DNA of 64,000 nt from Callorhinchus milii (lineage: Eukaryota): positions 14,262,001-14,326,000 of the forward strand of contig NW_024704743.1 of assembly GCF_018977255.1 (NCBI RefSeq), in the 5' to 3' direction. This document shows positions 51,796-64,000 of the stretch, piece by piece. Position numbers and translations under genes: made by a program. A model generated the notes under the pieces. It saw only the letters and a list, made by a program, of their open reading frames with translations, searched no databases and had not been told where the DNA came from. The number at the start of each line of letters is the position of its first letter. Positions within the stretch are counted from its first letter, which is position 1.

Positions 51796-53604
51796 GTTTG
51801 AGCCAAATATTTAGAAATCCATTTACAAATCACCCCAAAATGGGCCTGAACCATAATCAACCCTCAATAACTTCATGCAAATATGCTCATTGTAGATTTT
51901 CTGATTGTACTTGATTGCCTTTTTAAACAAAGCTTATTTTGCACTGGAAAAATTAAATGGTATTGTAATCATAAGGCATTTTGCATAATCATTGTAAATA
52001 GTCTCAGAGTATTCAAATGGAATTCTTATTATAAGTTTAAAACGTAATTGTGCATTTGCTAATGATAATGGCTGTGGTCCTATCATTTAGAGATGATCAC
52101 TTTTTTTTGTTATTCACTGAATAACAGTTTGTGATATTAACTGAAAATTAACCTGTGGTTTTTACTCTCAGAGATGCCTTCTCATTTAACCTATTTCATG
52201 AACTAATTTCCAGTTGATATGTAGTCGGATCAAAGTGCTGGTTAAGATCATAGTAATTAGTGTAAATGGTCCAAATTCAATTGAAGTCTCACTCCCTAAG
52301 TCTTCAAATGCTGTTCTGGATTCATAATCAATCATTTCCACTGAATTGTGTCTGTAATTGGGGTGATATTTAGGAAAGCTGATTAAAGATAACTACAGGC
52401 CTTCAGATTCGTGCCAAGAATGAAACATGGCACATAGTTGGTTTCTGAAGTGCTTTATTTTTGTGACGTAACAGACAAGTTTCTGGAATACTGAATCCAA
52501 TTATGGTTATATATTTCTGACAGATGAGAGCCCAAATGAAAGGCTCTTTGTCGTCAGGAGTTTGTTTTCTTCAAACATTAAATTGGCAAATGCTGCGGCA
52601 CATTGGGTCTCACGGTCCTGAATACATCAAAATGTTGGACCATTCGCTGAATAAATATCAATATTCTTCACAACACTTTTAAAGGGGCAAAATCTTTATC
52701 AAAAATTATAGTTGCATTATTTGCTGCTTTTGTTGCATTCTCCTCAAGACTGGTGAGGCCAGACATAGATTGGGCTGATCATATCTTTGTTGATCATGTC
52801 CATCCTGTCTGCAAAGATTTAATTAGATACTAATTAAAGATCCCAACATGATCCTAATGTCCCTGTAACTTCCATTCCCAATCTAACCTCTCTATGATAG
52901 ACCTCCAAAACCTTTTAATTAAGCCCAACGCAATCTTAGGAGCCACATCTTTATCTTGCTGAAGCATTGATTACAACATCATCAAACTGCTTCTGTCTCC
53001 TCCACTTTCCCATTCCTTAAGCTTTCTTGGTCACTTCTATTTTCTCACTGTACCATTCAAAGAGGCTGACACTCCAATGCAATGCTAGAGGAGATAACAA
53101 ATTGGTCATTCACTTCATGGTTGTTTGTGAGACAGTGCCCTAAGCTCTACAACTTCTTCTGTCTCACCCCCTCTCTATCTATTTTCAAGTGCTGCTTTAA
53201 AACCTATCTCTTGAACTGCACCTATGGCCATCTCTTCCTTTCTCTCTCACTTGCTCAGCGTTTGACTCCACCTTTGTACAGTGCTCCAAGATGTTACCCT
53301 GATGTTACTTGAAGGGTTCTATTATAAATGCAACTGTTGTAGCATTTGCCTATAAATACATAGTAACTCCATTTTGCAGAAAGCTCTGTGAAGCATTTTG
53401 ACATGTTTTGACATGATAAGGTGTTATATCAAGTGCAACGATTATTATTTACAAGAATGTACAAGAAGGAAACAGGCCTCTTGGCCCAAAAAGTCTGTAT
53501 TGTGTTTATATCTCTAATGAGTCTCTACCCATTCCCTACTCCCTCCCATAGCCTTCTATTCTCCTTTCGCTGCTGTGAAAATCCAGGTTCCTCATGAATC
53601 CAAC

Positions 53605-53740
53605 TACACAACAACAACAACTTGGATTTATATCGCGCCCTCCACGCCGGACAGCATCTCAGAGCGCTTCATAATAATGGATTCCGGGGCTGAGCCAGGA
53701 GAAGGTGACCAAAGGCGAGGTCGAAAAGAAAGGTCTTTAG
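53605..53740 (-). mobile_element. L2 subfamily B tail within old CR1 fragments
   Basis: caacaacttggatttatatcgcgccctccacgccggacagcatctcagagcgc. Confidence 0.75.
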
Positions 53741-55406
53741 CCGATCTACGCTTTCTGATTCAACTACCACTTCAGGCAGCGAGTTCCACAATCTCACTAC
53801 ACTCAGCATGAAATAGTTCCTCCTAAATTCTCGTTTAGATCCCATGTCGCTATTTTATACTTGTAAAGTACACTTGTGCTTTTTTTTACTGAAATATTCA
53901 TTCCATCCGATTCTCACAGCTGTTGTTGTGTCTTTCCTTGCATTGCACTTCAGAGTATTCCAATCAGTTCATGACCCATCAGCTCTTTGTACAAATAATC
54001 TTATTAACCACTTCCTGACAGCTTTTTTCAGCAGCCTCTTTGTTGACATGTATTTTTACTCTTTATCCTAATGGAGTTAGAAAAAACATTCAAACGTGAA
54101 AACCGAAACAACAACATGAAAATGGCACAAAAAAAATGACCAGAAAAAATGCCTCAGGATATACAATTCGATGTATGAGATGGATTGTAAGTTGAGGCAT
54201 TTTTGACCATTCAAGAGACCTCTGCTCTGAAGCAATCTAGTTCCCAGAATATGCTGTCAACAGATTGTTATCCATTCAAAGTGGAATTGGGTAAACAATC
54301 AAGGGATGTGGAAAAACAGATGGAATGTAGGATTAGTGTTTTTTAAAAAAAGGGCGATTTAGCGATTCAGAAAACACAGATGTAGCACTGAAACAGACTT
54401 GATGATCTGATTATCTCCTGTGCTCATAGAAAATATCTATGTTACTTAGTTCCATATCCACCCTATGTTTTCACTGTTTCATCATTGTAATTCAAGCATT
54501 GTTAACTAAAACTGAGGATAATAAGAAAAAAATAAAAAGGTTAAATAAAGCAAACAGAACTCTAAACTTTGAGATTTTCTTCTCTTTCCACGAGATTCTC
54601 AAGCCATCTAATATATGGCAATAGGTAGGAACCGAGTCCCCAATGGACAACGTTTATTGTTCAGAGTAATACTGTCATTGTTCCAGACTGTCCAATGAAC
54701 TGAACTGTCATTTAATTCTGAAATCCTGTGAGATAGCATCTAGTATCCATCATCTCTCCCAATTTCTTCCAGGTCTCCCAGTTCATATGCCTTACACAAG
54801 GCTCCAACTCATAAAGGACTCGGCAGCTGATATAGTCTCCCACACCAGGCTCCACAAGGCCATTAGCCATATTCTTTCCAAGCTCAACTAGCTCCAAGAA
54901 CCAAGGGGATGCACTTTATAATCCTCACCTTGACCTTCAATTCCCATCATGATGTTACCTAACCCTGAAAGTACAACCATCTCCAGTTCTATTCTTTTTC
55001 CTTGTACCCTCTGCACTTCTGATCCTGTCTAATATTCAAAACCCTCTTAATGACCTCTTCTCGTTAAATTATTTTCAGTTCATTGTGTCACAAAAAATAG
55101 TCACAAAATAATTTTATGCCCACAAAATATACAATTAAATTTACTTTACAGTATATTCTGTGAAGCGTTTTGAGACATCTCAAGGTGGTAAGGTATTAAA
55201 TTCAAGGATTATTATTATTAAATTGCTATGCTTTGAAACTTTCCATATTTGTTCTTTTACAAACTATTCTTATTTTGAATATGTGGATACTGTCTTTTAA
55301 ATTTAATTGATGAGTGTTTATTTTTAAAATAAAGTGCTAAGACATTTTATTATGTTCTCTCTTTCCTTATGTGGTGGCTCCATATAATTCAACAATCCTT
55401 AATGGA

Positions 55407-56712
55407 AACAACAACAACAAAATTACATTTATATAGCGCCTTTCATGTCAAGAGGACGTCCCAAGGTGCTGGACAGAGTTACGGAGCCGAGCTGAGGGTC
55501 GGGGTGGGGCAGGGGGGAGGGTAGGGCAGGAGGCAGGGAGATCAAAAGCACAGTCGGAGAGGAGGGTCTTGAGGTGGGTCTTGAAGGTGATGAGGAAGAG
55601 GGAGAGGAGGGACTGTGGGATGGAGTTCCAGAGGGTGGGTGCAGAGTGGCGGAAGGCCCGCCTGCCAATAGTGGGGCGAGCAAGGCGGGGGTCGTGAAGC
55701 AGGCAGGAGCCCGCTGAGCGGAGGAAGCGAAGCGGAGCCTCGACGTAATGAATGCGTGTATGAGGGTTTCGGCGGCCTGCTGTGTGAGACAGTGTTGGAG
55801 CCGGACGACGTTGCGGAGGTGGGGGAAGGCAGAGCGGCTCATGGTGCAGATGTGGGGTAGAAAGGATAGTTGAGGGTCAAACAAGACCTTAAGGTTCCGG
55901 ACTGGCTTAGTGGGGTAGAGTGTGCAACCATGGATGGTGATACTGTCAGCGCCTGAGGTGTGGAGGTGCTGACGGGAGCCAATCAGGACAGCCTCAGTCT
56001 TGTTGACGTTCAACTGAAGAAAGTTAGCTCTCATCCAGCACTTGATGTCTGACAGACATTCTGTCAGCACAACAGTGCTCCTGGTGTCAAGGGTGGAGGC
56101 AGAGAGGTAGAGTTGGGTATCATCCGCATACGTGTGGAAGTTGACCCCATGTCTGTGGATGATGTCACCAAGAGGGTGCATATAGATATTGAAGAGGAGG
56201 GGACCAAGGACAGAGCCCTGAGGAACGGTGCACGAGACGGTCCGGAGCTAGAAGAGAAGCTATTTGAGGAGATGAAGTGCAGGCGGTGTGAGAGGTACAA
56301 TCTGAACCAATGAAGGACAGCGCCGTGGTGGTTGATGTGAGAGGAGGGGCAGTGGATGAGGATAGAGTGGTCTACGCTGTCAAAAGCAGCAGAGAGGTCA
56401 AGAAGGACGAAGAGGCAAAGGGAGCCCTGATCGCAGATGGACAGAATGTCATTTGTCACTTTGACCAGGGCTGTTTCTGTGCTGTGGGTGGCATGGAAGC
56501 CCGATTGAAGGGGTTCGAGAAGGGAATGGTGGGAGAGGAAGGAGCGAAGCTGAGAAGCAACAACTCATTCCAGGACCTTGGAGAGGAAGGGGAGGTTGGA
56601 GATGGGGTGGTAGTTAGGGAGTAGAGGAGGGTCCAGGGAGGGNTTTTTAAAGATAGGAGTGATGACAGCGGTTTTTAAAGGGGTGGGAACAGTACCAGAG
56701 GACAGGGAGAAA
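55407..56712 (-). mobile_element. 5'-truncated L2 (subfamily A)
   Basis: [38 protein letters not shown]; (GTT)n tail. Confidence 0.92.
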
Positions 56713-58104
56713 GTTGTCATTTGACTTGCTCTCAGGTATCTGCCAATGCCACTTGATAACTGACCAACATGAAGTCCACAGAGTGATTTGATATACTGTA
56801 TCACGTGATTTCATCTCCTGTTCAGCATTACCAACTCATCATTGGGAGATTCCACAGGTGTAGGCCATTCAGCCTAAAGTGTCAATGCTGGCTCTTTTAA
56901 AGAGCAATCTTTTCAGTCCAATTTCCCCATAACCATGAGGTTTTCGCCTTTTAAAATATCTACTTAGTTCCCCTTTAAAAGCTAATATGGATTCTGCCTC
57001 AAACATCGATCTCAGTAGGGCATTTAGAACTGGGTCTAAAGTTGCTCTATTTTCTTAATATTTCAGAGCATCTAGAATTTTGCAAATACTTAAATATAGC
57101 CTTAATTTTTGTAGCTTCTTTTTAATAAGTTCTTTTATGTTAAGACTGAATTCAACAATTTGCCAAATTCTGGATGCTCTAAAATAGAGGAAATGGAAAC
57201 CTAGTAGGACCCTAATAAGGAATTTCTGCCCATATGTTGGGAATCATGAGCACATCCAATTTTCCATTCTGTTCCATTGAATGCCTTCCCAGAATTTTGC
57301 ATCAGTATGTTTATGAGATTTGTTGAAGGCAGCCTTCTGATGGCAAAGATAAACACAGTTCATAAGACTGAGCTTTTTTTTGAGTGTGTATCCCATTTGC
57401 AGGGAGTAGATGCAGAATAGTTAGATTAAATGAATTATGAAACCCATCTAATGCGACATAAACATCAATCTCACTTCATTCTGTTGAATGTCAGACACAG
57501 AGAAAGAAAGACTTTGACAAAAATAAATTCAGAAAGATAAAGGAAACAAAACTCTTCTTGATCTTTTGTTCGTTTCTATCGAGCAGCATCTTTACACTTT
57601 ATGATACGTCCGCTCATCTCTTTCTTGCTTTTACTTTGATAACTCAAGGAGCAAAATCATAAAATGAAATAAGATTGTGAAAGGCCCTTCAGGACCTCAG
57701 GACCTAACTTGCCTGATTACTCATACTATTAGACAATTGAGTAATTACATAAATTTATGGTTTAATTTCAAAGTATATCTACAGGGCTGTAATAGATGCA
57801 CACCTTCTTAATCTACGGTACATTGAATAATTCAAAGCAGCAAATTAATGCAGTGCAAATAGTATTGCTGAACCCAGACAAAGGCTTAAATGAGTGATTT
57901 GAAAGGGCATAGTTTCTAACACAGACACTGAAATCAGTTTACACTGATTTACACCACAACTCCCTTTAATCATTTCTCAAGTAGTGGATAAATTGCAAGA
58001 TTCCTACTTCACATATTTTGCTGGATGAGTTGAGGAAGGAAGAGAGGGAAACAAGATGGTAAAATTATTTTACATGCTTAAATTCTTTTAGAAGTTCTAC
58101 TTAC

Positions 58105-58199
58105 TGCATTTCCAGATCTTCATTTTCTTGTGGTACAAACTTATACAAGGCTACATAGCTGTAGAGCTGTAATGTATCTTTATGTTCTAATCCTTTCAG
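58105..58199 (-). CDS. STAC: STAC coding exon (8), LKGLEHKDTLQLYSYVALYKFVPQENEDLEM, start of SH3-1
   Basis: 95 nt, ttacag acceptor, GTAAGT donor; YVALYKFVPQENEDLEM matches STAC1. Confidence 0.96.
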
Positions 58200-58296
58200 C
58201 TGTAAGAAAATAAAACATATATAAAAAAACTGCAAGAAGAGATTATCTAGTCTGGACCACCTACAGTTGGACATCGTTATCCCACACTTTGGTATA

Positions 58297-58645
58297 TTAT
58301 AATAATCCTTTCATTTGATATAGAACTTTATCATGTCTTCGAGACGTCTCAAAGCGCTTCACAGAATATATTGTAGAATGAATTGAATGCACATAACAGT
58401 GTCCCACAAACAATCATGGATTGAAGTGACCAATTTATTATTTTTTACATTTTTTCATTTTTTAGAAGCAATTATTACCCTGGAAAAGCGATTCACCAAT
58501 CAACTAACAACTGGTTTCCTACTCACTGCTAGGTAAACAGAGGTGTGTGGAGTGGGGAAGCTTGCCCCAAATTTCGCCCTGGCTGGAATCGAACCCAAAT
58601 CTCTCACTTGAGAGGTGAGTCCTCTAACCACTGAGCTACAGAAGT
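58297..58645 (-). mobile_element. Full-length tRNA-derived composite SINE (long form)
   Basis: A box TAGCTCAGTGG and B box GGTTCGATTCC intact; (TAT)n tail. Confidence 0.88.
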
Positions 58646-59569
58646 CCATGATTCATATATAATGCAGGTGGCCATGCACCAGCAGAATACCCAAAGTGTA
58701 ATATATGTCCTACTTGCAGTCCTGCCAGGCCAGCATTCTGGACATCAGTAGCATCTCAGCAATCCCTGGAAATAGCGAGAGTGGTCGTGGCTGACCGGTC
58801 TGCTTTGTGTGTGCTGCGGAAATGTGCTATTCAGTTAGGTGACATCATCAGCAATCTGATGACAAAAAGCACTGATGAGTCTCTGCTCTACAGTATTATC
58901 TTTATTGTATAAAGTTTGATTTTATGGAGCCAAAGCACTACATTCTAAAGGGTACATCTCTAGTTCACTACACTTTACTCAAAATAGCTTCCTCATTATT
59001 GGGGCCTACAAATACAGTACAGTCATTACATTTGATACAATTAACTGAATAATTCAACATTGTAGGCCCATATGAAATAATCCTACAACAGTGTAGGATT
59101 ATTAATTCACTTGGGGATCATTAAAATATTGTTGTGTTTTTGTTACTATTTTATGATTATTATTGATCTTTTGGCCATGTCTTTTGTAACATAATAACAT
59201 TAACTCAGTTTTAGGCAGAAGTGGGCCATTGGTCTATCTAGCTTTACCCACCCAAAACTTCCCCAAAGATTCCTTTGACACATTTATCTAATTATAACAT
59301 GGACTACTTTTAATTCACAGGACATGTCTAGTTTCTTTCTGCAACCTTTTATATAGTTCCTTCTTCCATCACCTGTACTAATCATTAGCCTTTTACTGAA
59401 AAAAATTTAGTTTGAAAAGTCTCAATTTTATTGCAGCTATGGTTGTCCTTTTTTTTTGTTCAAAATAAATAAATTATGGAAGATTAAATACTGTCTGTGT
59501 GTATATGGTGTGATTCCATGAAATCCCTGAAATTATTTTAACCAAGGATTTTGCGAAATCCCTGAAATT

Positions 59570-60315
59570 TGCTTTGAAGCATTTACAACGGTTGGTCTGA
59601 CATTTCTTCTGACCTCAGTTACACTTCGTAAAGTTTTGTCCACCACAAACAGACTGTGCAATGACAGCTTCACGGAGTGACACTGACTTCTCCGGGTTGA
59701 CACAGGACTCTGTTAACAATCGTTGTGGGCAGAGGTCAAATTGGTGATTGCTCTTGCACTGGTCAGTGTCTAAATTTCTATTAATGATAACACCAAGGAT
59801 GTTCCTGCGATCCCCTCTACCCCTGTCCGCTGGTGGGATGGGGACAGCCATATTGTCTCCAGGTATAGCAGCTTGGAGATCCAGTTGACTCCGCTTTGCC
59901 ATCCTCTCTGCCTGGGATACTTGTGCCATTTGTGGAGCAGCTCTTCTCTTTCTGATCTGGGTCATGTGATCTTCCAGGGCCTGTGAAATAGTAGTCTGTA
60001 CAGAAGGATCACTAGAAATCTCTATCATCGAGAACAGAGCTAAGATGTGCTGGGTCTGTGGCACTGGAGACTGGGAAAACAGATGCACTATTAGTGGGTG
60101 TCTCGATGACCTCGATTGGACTGGGTTGTCCTGCAGAAGTGCCAGCTGACAAAGGGGTGGGTTCGGCAGTGTGTGTAGCCCCATCGCTGTCACTCAGTGG
60201 TGGGATCGAAGCTTCTGTGGCGGGGTTACTTGAGGTAGAGTAGTTGTCAGACGGTACTTCTTCTGGTGCATTACCAGCAAGAACAGCCAGGAGATCAAGC
60301 TCACTTTCCAGAGTG
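59570..60315 (-). mobile_element. Ginger2/TDD-like (KRBA2/SCAND3-related) DNA transposon relic, C-terminal part of integrase-type transposase
   Basis: GDNMAVPIPPADRGRGDRRNILGVI...QFDLCPQRLL...SLREAV...CGGQNFTKCN and Cys-rich KKCQTNRCKCFKA; frameshifted, DDE core absent. Confidence 0.75.
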
Positions 60316-60322
60316 GAAATCA

Positions 60323-60690
60323 CCCTCAACTATCCTTCCTATCCCACATTTGTGCCATGACCTGCTCTGCCTTTCCCAACCTCCGCAACATCGCCCGGCT
60401 CCGCCATGCTTCGGATTGGGTGTTAAACTGAGGTCCTGTCTGCCAGTTTAGGTTCCATGGCACTATTTGAAAACAGTAGGGAGTTTCTCCTGATATACTG
60501 ACCAGCAATCTTCCAGATGAATTTGATGATTTGCTTAATTGCTGTTTGTAGGACATTGCTGTGCGCAATTGGGTAGATGTGTTTGCCTACAAATACAGTG
60601 ACTCCACTTCACAGTAAATCCTGTGAAGCACTTTGAGATGTCCTTCCAACATGAAAGGTGCCATATCAAATGCAAGGATTATTATTATTG
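60323..60690 (+). mobile_element. Short L2 piece followed by DeuSINE 3' half
   Basis: ccctcaactatccttcctatcccacatt; gttaaactgaggtcctgtctg...; (TAT)n tail. Confidence 0.75.
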
Positions 60691-60739
60691 TCTATTATAA
60701 GAGATAAATAAAAACAAAGCGCAAAGATTTACATCTTAC

Positions 60740-60807
60740 CGGGGAATGGAGAGCTTTTTTTTCTTCGTTGCATATGTTTTCCAACCCATTTTCCACTGAC
60801 CCAAATA
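60740..60807 (-). CDS. STAC: STAC coding exon (7), VFGSVENGLENICNEEKKALHSP
   Basis: 68 nt, ttctctgtag acceptor, GTAAGA donor, open in phase 1 to 0, resembles STAC1 VFTYPENG linker. Confidence 0.85.
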
Positions 60808-61231
60808 CTACAGAGAAGAAAAACATGAACTGTTTCTGAAAACTAAGACTAAGACACATTTCCATTGCAGATTACTTGTTTCACTTCAGTGCTGAGTGTA
60901 ATATTGTTGCACTCTTTCTCTTTTTAATTAGAGAAAAAAAGACTTTGCATTGCGTTCAGTTAATCACTATAATTTTTAAAAGCAAAATATTCAACATGCC
61001 AATAATGTAAGTCAAATAATTGATTAACTACAAAGAATAGTATTGACGTATTTTATAGATCAAGTTGAGCTACCTGTGTGATTTAAATGTTACTTAAAAT
61101 AGCAAAACATTATAACATAAGAGCAGAAGCACACTGTGAAGCAGTAAATATTGAAACTACATTTTAACACCACTTCTGTAGGTGCTTTGCTGTATGAATA
61201 ATTGAGAGAAAGGTTTGCATTTCATGCTTAC

Positions 61232-61315
61232 CGCTATCACTGAGCTTTCTGCTTAAACTCAACAGTCCAAATGGACCATCAGCACCTTCTCTGGAACTTC
61301 AGCAAGATCAGAAGC
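61232..61315 (-). CDS. STAC: STAC coding exon (6), ASDLAEVPE / EGADGPFGLLSLSRKLSDS, apparent 1-nt deletion
   Basis: 84 nt, ctttag acceptor, GTAAGC donor; resembles STAC1 TSDLVEVPEE...RKRSNS; phase 0 to 1 needs 3n+1 nt, so frameshifted as assembled. Confidence 0.85.
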
Positions 61316-61924
61316 CTAAAGTATAACAGCAGGAAGTGGAAAGCAAACCTGGGATTAACTTGGTTTTCTGTATGCTGTTATTTGGTAATCAGTGAAAATT
61401 TTCAATGTTTTCATTTCAACTAGTTCTAAAACACAATATAGGGATAATTGTCTGCACTAATCTGGACTGGTCCCTTCAAGGAGAAGCAAACTGGACAGCA
61501 AGCAAAACATAAATTGACTTTCGTGCTAAAAAACTGAACAATTGTTCCTTCAGGAATTATAATGTCACTGTAGTGCCATATTGTACCAGCTCTTCCCTCT
61601 CTGAAACTTTTTCTCTCTTTCTCTGACTTTTCTCTCATTTACTCCATGTTTTTCTCTCGCTCCCTGTTTTTTTCTCTCTGTTTCCGAGTTTCTAACTTTC
61701 TAACTTCTAACAGTGTGATATCAATGGTGCTTCCTGCAACTAGTTCCATGACCAGTGTGCAGGAACTGTTGTTAGTGGTGCTTCCTGCCCACTGGCTGGA
61801 AGTTGGGTGTAATGCAGTGTGTACCTCTGGAGACCTGTGGTCTCACATTCAAATGGGTGCTTTCTAATGGGGTCTGAATTTTCTTTAACAATTTTATTTG
61901 CACTAGTGACACAGGTAAAATAGC

Positions 61925-62092
61925 CCATTTACTTCATGGCTGCATGTGAGACATTGCTGCGCTCAAATTGGCCACCCTGTTCACCCACAAAATACACAGT
62001 CACTCCACTTTACAGTTTATACTTTGTGACATCCCCCTGACGTGAAAGGTGCTATATCGTAATTAAGAAATATTTTAACTATTATTATTATT
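61925..62092 (+). mobile_element. SINE 3' part
   Basis: gacattgctgcgctcaaattggcc...cgtgaaaggtgctatatc. Confidence 0.7.
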
Positions 62093-62589
62093 TTGTCAAA
62101 GATTCTTCAATTCCTTGTCTTCAGAATAAAAACCTTCTGTTTTAACACACAACCCAAAACAAAGTTTCGAAGATGGAATTAGATTAGAAAACAATGCTGT
62201 CATAAAGTGTGATTAATATCTTCAGATCTATTACTTTGATATTACCATTCCACAGCTCAACTACCCTTCTGAAGTTTTAGAGAATTGCCACTACAAAATG
62301 ACCCCATGTACATTTATTAACAGAAACGTTCAGGAGCTAAAAGTATATTTATTTTAAAATGGTGAATCGCAAAATGATCCAGTGACTTAAATTGACTGAG
62401 CAAATAACTACAAGTTTGTATACCAATGAAGATCTATTTCCAGCTGCGACAACTTTTTAATTAACAGAAATAAATATCAAATGTAAGAGCGGCATGCTGA
62501 TCTGACTCTTTCTAGCCTAAACAAAACATGAAATAGGGAATTTGTTGGTTGGGTTCAAGAAGAGATTTGCAGACAAAAGCATTATTTAC

Positions 62590-62705
62590 AGAGTTATGCT
62601 GAGGTGACTCAGATCCACTGCCTGAACCAGACTTCTTGGTTCGTTGAGCCAGGGATGTCCCAAACCGGAGTGCTTCATACACTGGGTCAACTTTACTTCG
62701 GCAAG
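62590..62705 (-). CDS. STAC: STAC coding exon (5), ACRSKVDPVYEALRFGTSLAQRTKKSGSGSGSESPQHNS
   Basis: 116 nt, cctaag acceptor, GTAAAT donor; STAC family KVDPVYExLRFGTSLA motif; phase 1 to 0; 102-nt upstream intron. Confidence 0.95.
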
Positions 62706-62807
62706 CTTAGGAAATAAACAGAAAGAGATACATGAGCTGCGGGAGCTGGCAGCAAATGAGACACAACACTCATTTGGGCTGGAAGCAAGAAACAAATCAA
62801 TACTTAC

Positions 62808-62889
62808 CAATAGGCATGACTTCCTTGATGCACCCATACTGTTCATGTATTAAAAGCGGAGAGCTGTAGTAGCGTCGAAATCCCTTCGG
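62808..62889 (-). CDS. STAC: STAC coding exon (exon 4 by analogy with mammals), PKGFRRYYSSPLLIHEQYGCIKEVMPI
   Basis: 82 nt, ttaatag acceptor and GTAAGT donor; peptide matches recalled STAC1 segment PKGFRRYYSSPLLIHEQFGCIKEVMPI; phase 0 to 1. Confidence 0.95.
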
Positions 62890-64000
62890 CTATTAAGAGG
62901 GAAAAATACGTCAAACTGTTGATCAATACAACTGGACACTGACAACTGAGAATTGACTAGGAATATGTTCCAGTCCTTTAGTCATGCATTTGTTCTTTTA
63001 GGAAAAGCTAAGGAAGCGAGCAGCTTTTTGAAACTTCAGTCCTACTGCTTTTCTCCGTTTACTTCCAATGATAAGTACGAATAAATCCATAATTTAAAAA
63101 ATGAAATCCTCTGGAGAGTGAGGTAAATTCCCAAGAATAAACTGGAGTTGCAAAGTCATGCTTGTCTGAAACCAGGCAGGTACGGAGTACCCAAGGCTTT
63201 GTTGATAATTGACCAGCTTCTCTACCTTAATAATGAGTTTTAGAGATAAGACAAAGCCCTAATGAAGAGCAGGACAAGTACTATAGATCAGCAACTAATA
63301 ATTGTCAGTGGTATCTCAGGAAGACTCACTTACCAGTGATTTGTACTGGTAAACCCTGAAGTAAGCATCATTATTTGTACAAAATTGCAGTGCATTCATT
63401 TTTAGGAACAATAATCGAATAGCAGTGCTAAGAATTCACCATAATCCTGGAGATAAAGCTAACAGCCTAATCTGCAGTGTGTAAACTTGTGCATTACTTT
63501 GTTGCATAGAAATAAAGTGCTTGGTGTTTATTCAATGATCCAGTATTTTTCTTCTGTTTTTTAAGTAAAATACAACTGTTCCGTGCGATTTCAAGAACCT
63601 ATCTGCCAAGGTTTGTGAGTTTCAATAACATGAAACTCATGACTGAACCAGAATTGAGGGTAACATTTAATAAATACCACAGCATTAAAGCAAATATTTG
63701 TCAGTTTTCCAAAACTGTTGAAATTTAGTGTGGTTTGAATGACTTTCCAGTGGGAGGCTCATTGTGATGGTGAAGTAGATTTTGATACTCACTGAAAAAT
63801 AAAATAATTCTCAAAACTATACATTTGTTAAGTGGACCAGAAAATCCACCTCACTTCACTCAAAATACTTCCGTTTTGAAATTTAGGCTTAGTATGGCAT
63901 TAAACTTTCTGCTCACACACTTTGCCTCAATGTCCCGTGAGTGTGGATTTTTCTGAGTTGTCCAGGATTGGGTGCTGAGAGCATCGTAGAGCAATGGGAC

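Noticed and set aside
58575..58645. tRNA gene (A and B boxes present; similar heads at ~6243, ~27035, ~41325)
   Set aside because: Head of a SINE: runs into the SINE body, no proper acceptor stem or poly-T terminator
62586..62846. ORF MNSMGASRKSCLL ending at a perfect donor, suggesting an alternative first exon
   Set aside because: It is an off-frame reading of the real 82-nt STAC exon PKGFRRYYSSP...
63616..63639. Perfect 9-bp hairpin tgagtttca/tgaaactca
   Set aside because: Isolated short AT-rich stem, plausible by chance in 64 kb

Overview
Eukaryotic, vertebrate genomic DNA. The repeat spectrum (very abundant L2 LINEs with (GTT)n tails, CR1 LINEs, Deu-domain SINEs, a tRNA-Ala-headed SINE with (TAT)n tails, Penelope-type hammerhead elements) suggests a cartilaginous fish; this is inference. 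One protein-coding gene is visible: the 3' eight coding exons of STAC (STAC1, SH3 and cysteine-rich domain protein) on the minus strand, 62889 to 37161, all with GT-AG boundaries. As assembled, the third visible exon (61232-61315) is one base short and frameshifts the gene. Bases 1 to ~36.3 kb are intergenic and packed with nested retroelements. Nearly all ORFs in the supplied track are decayed L2/CR1 fragments or their antisense shadows. Highlights: a ~343-bp terminally redundant element with an intact minimal hammerhead-ribozyme core and target-site duplication in the last STAC intron; an L2 tail insertion carrying an inverted templated copy of neighbouring DNA; a ~190-bp-arm inverted repeat in a STAC intron; a composite SINE; and a Ginger2-like transposase relic. 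Repeat boundaries are read by eye and approximate; exon coordinates were counted base by base.
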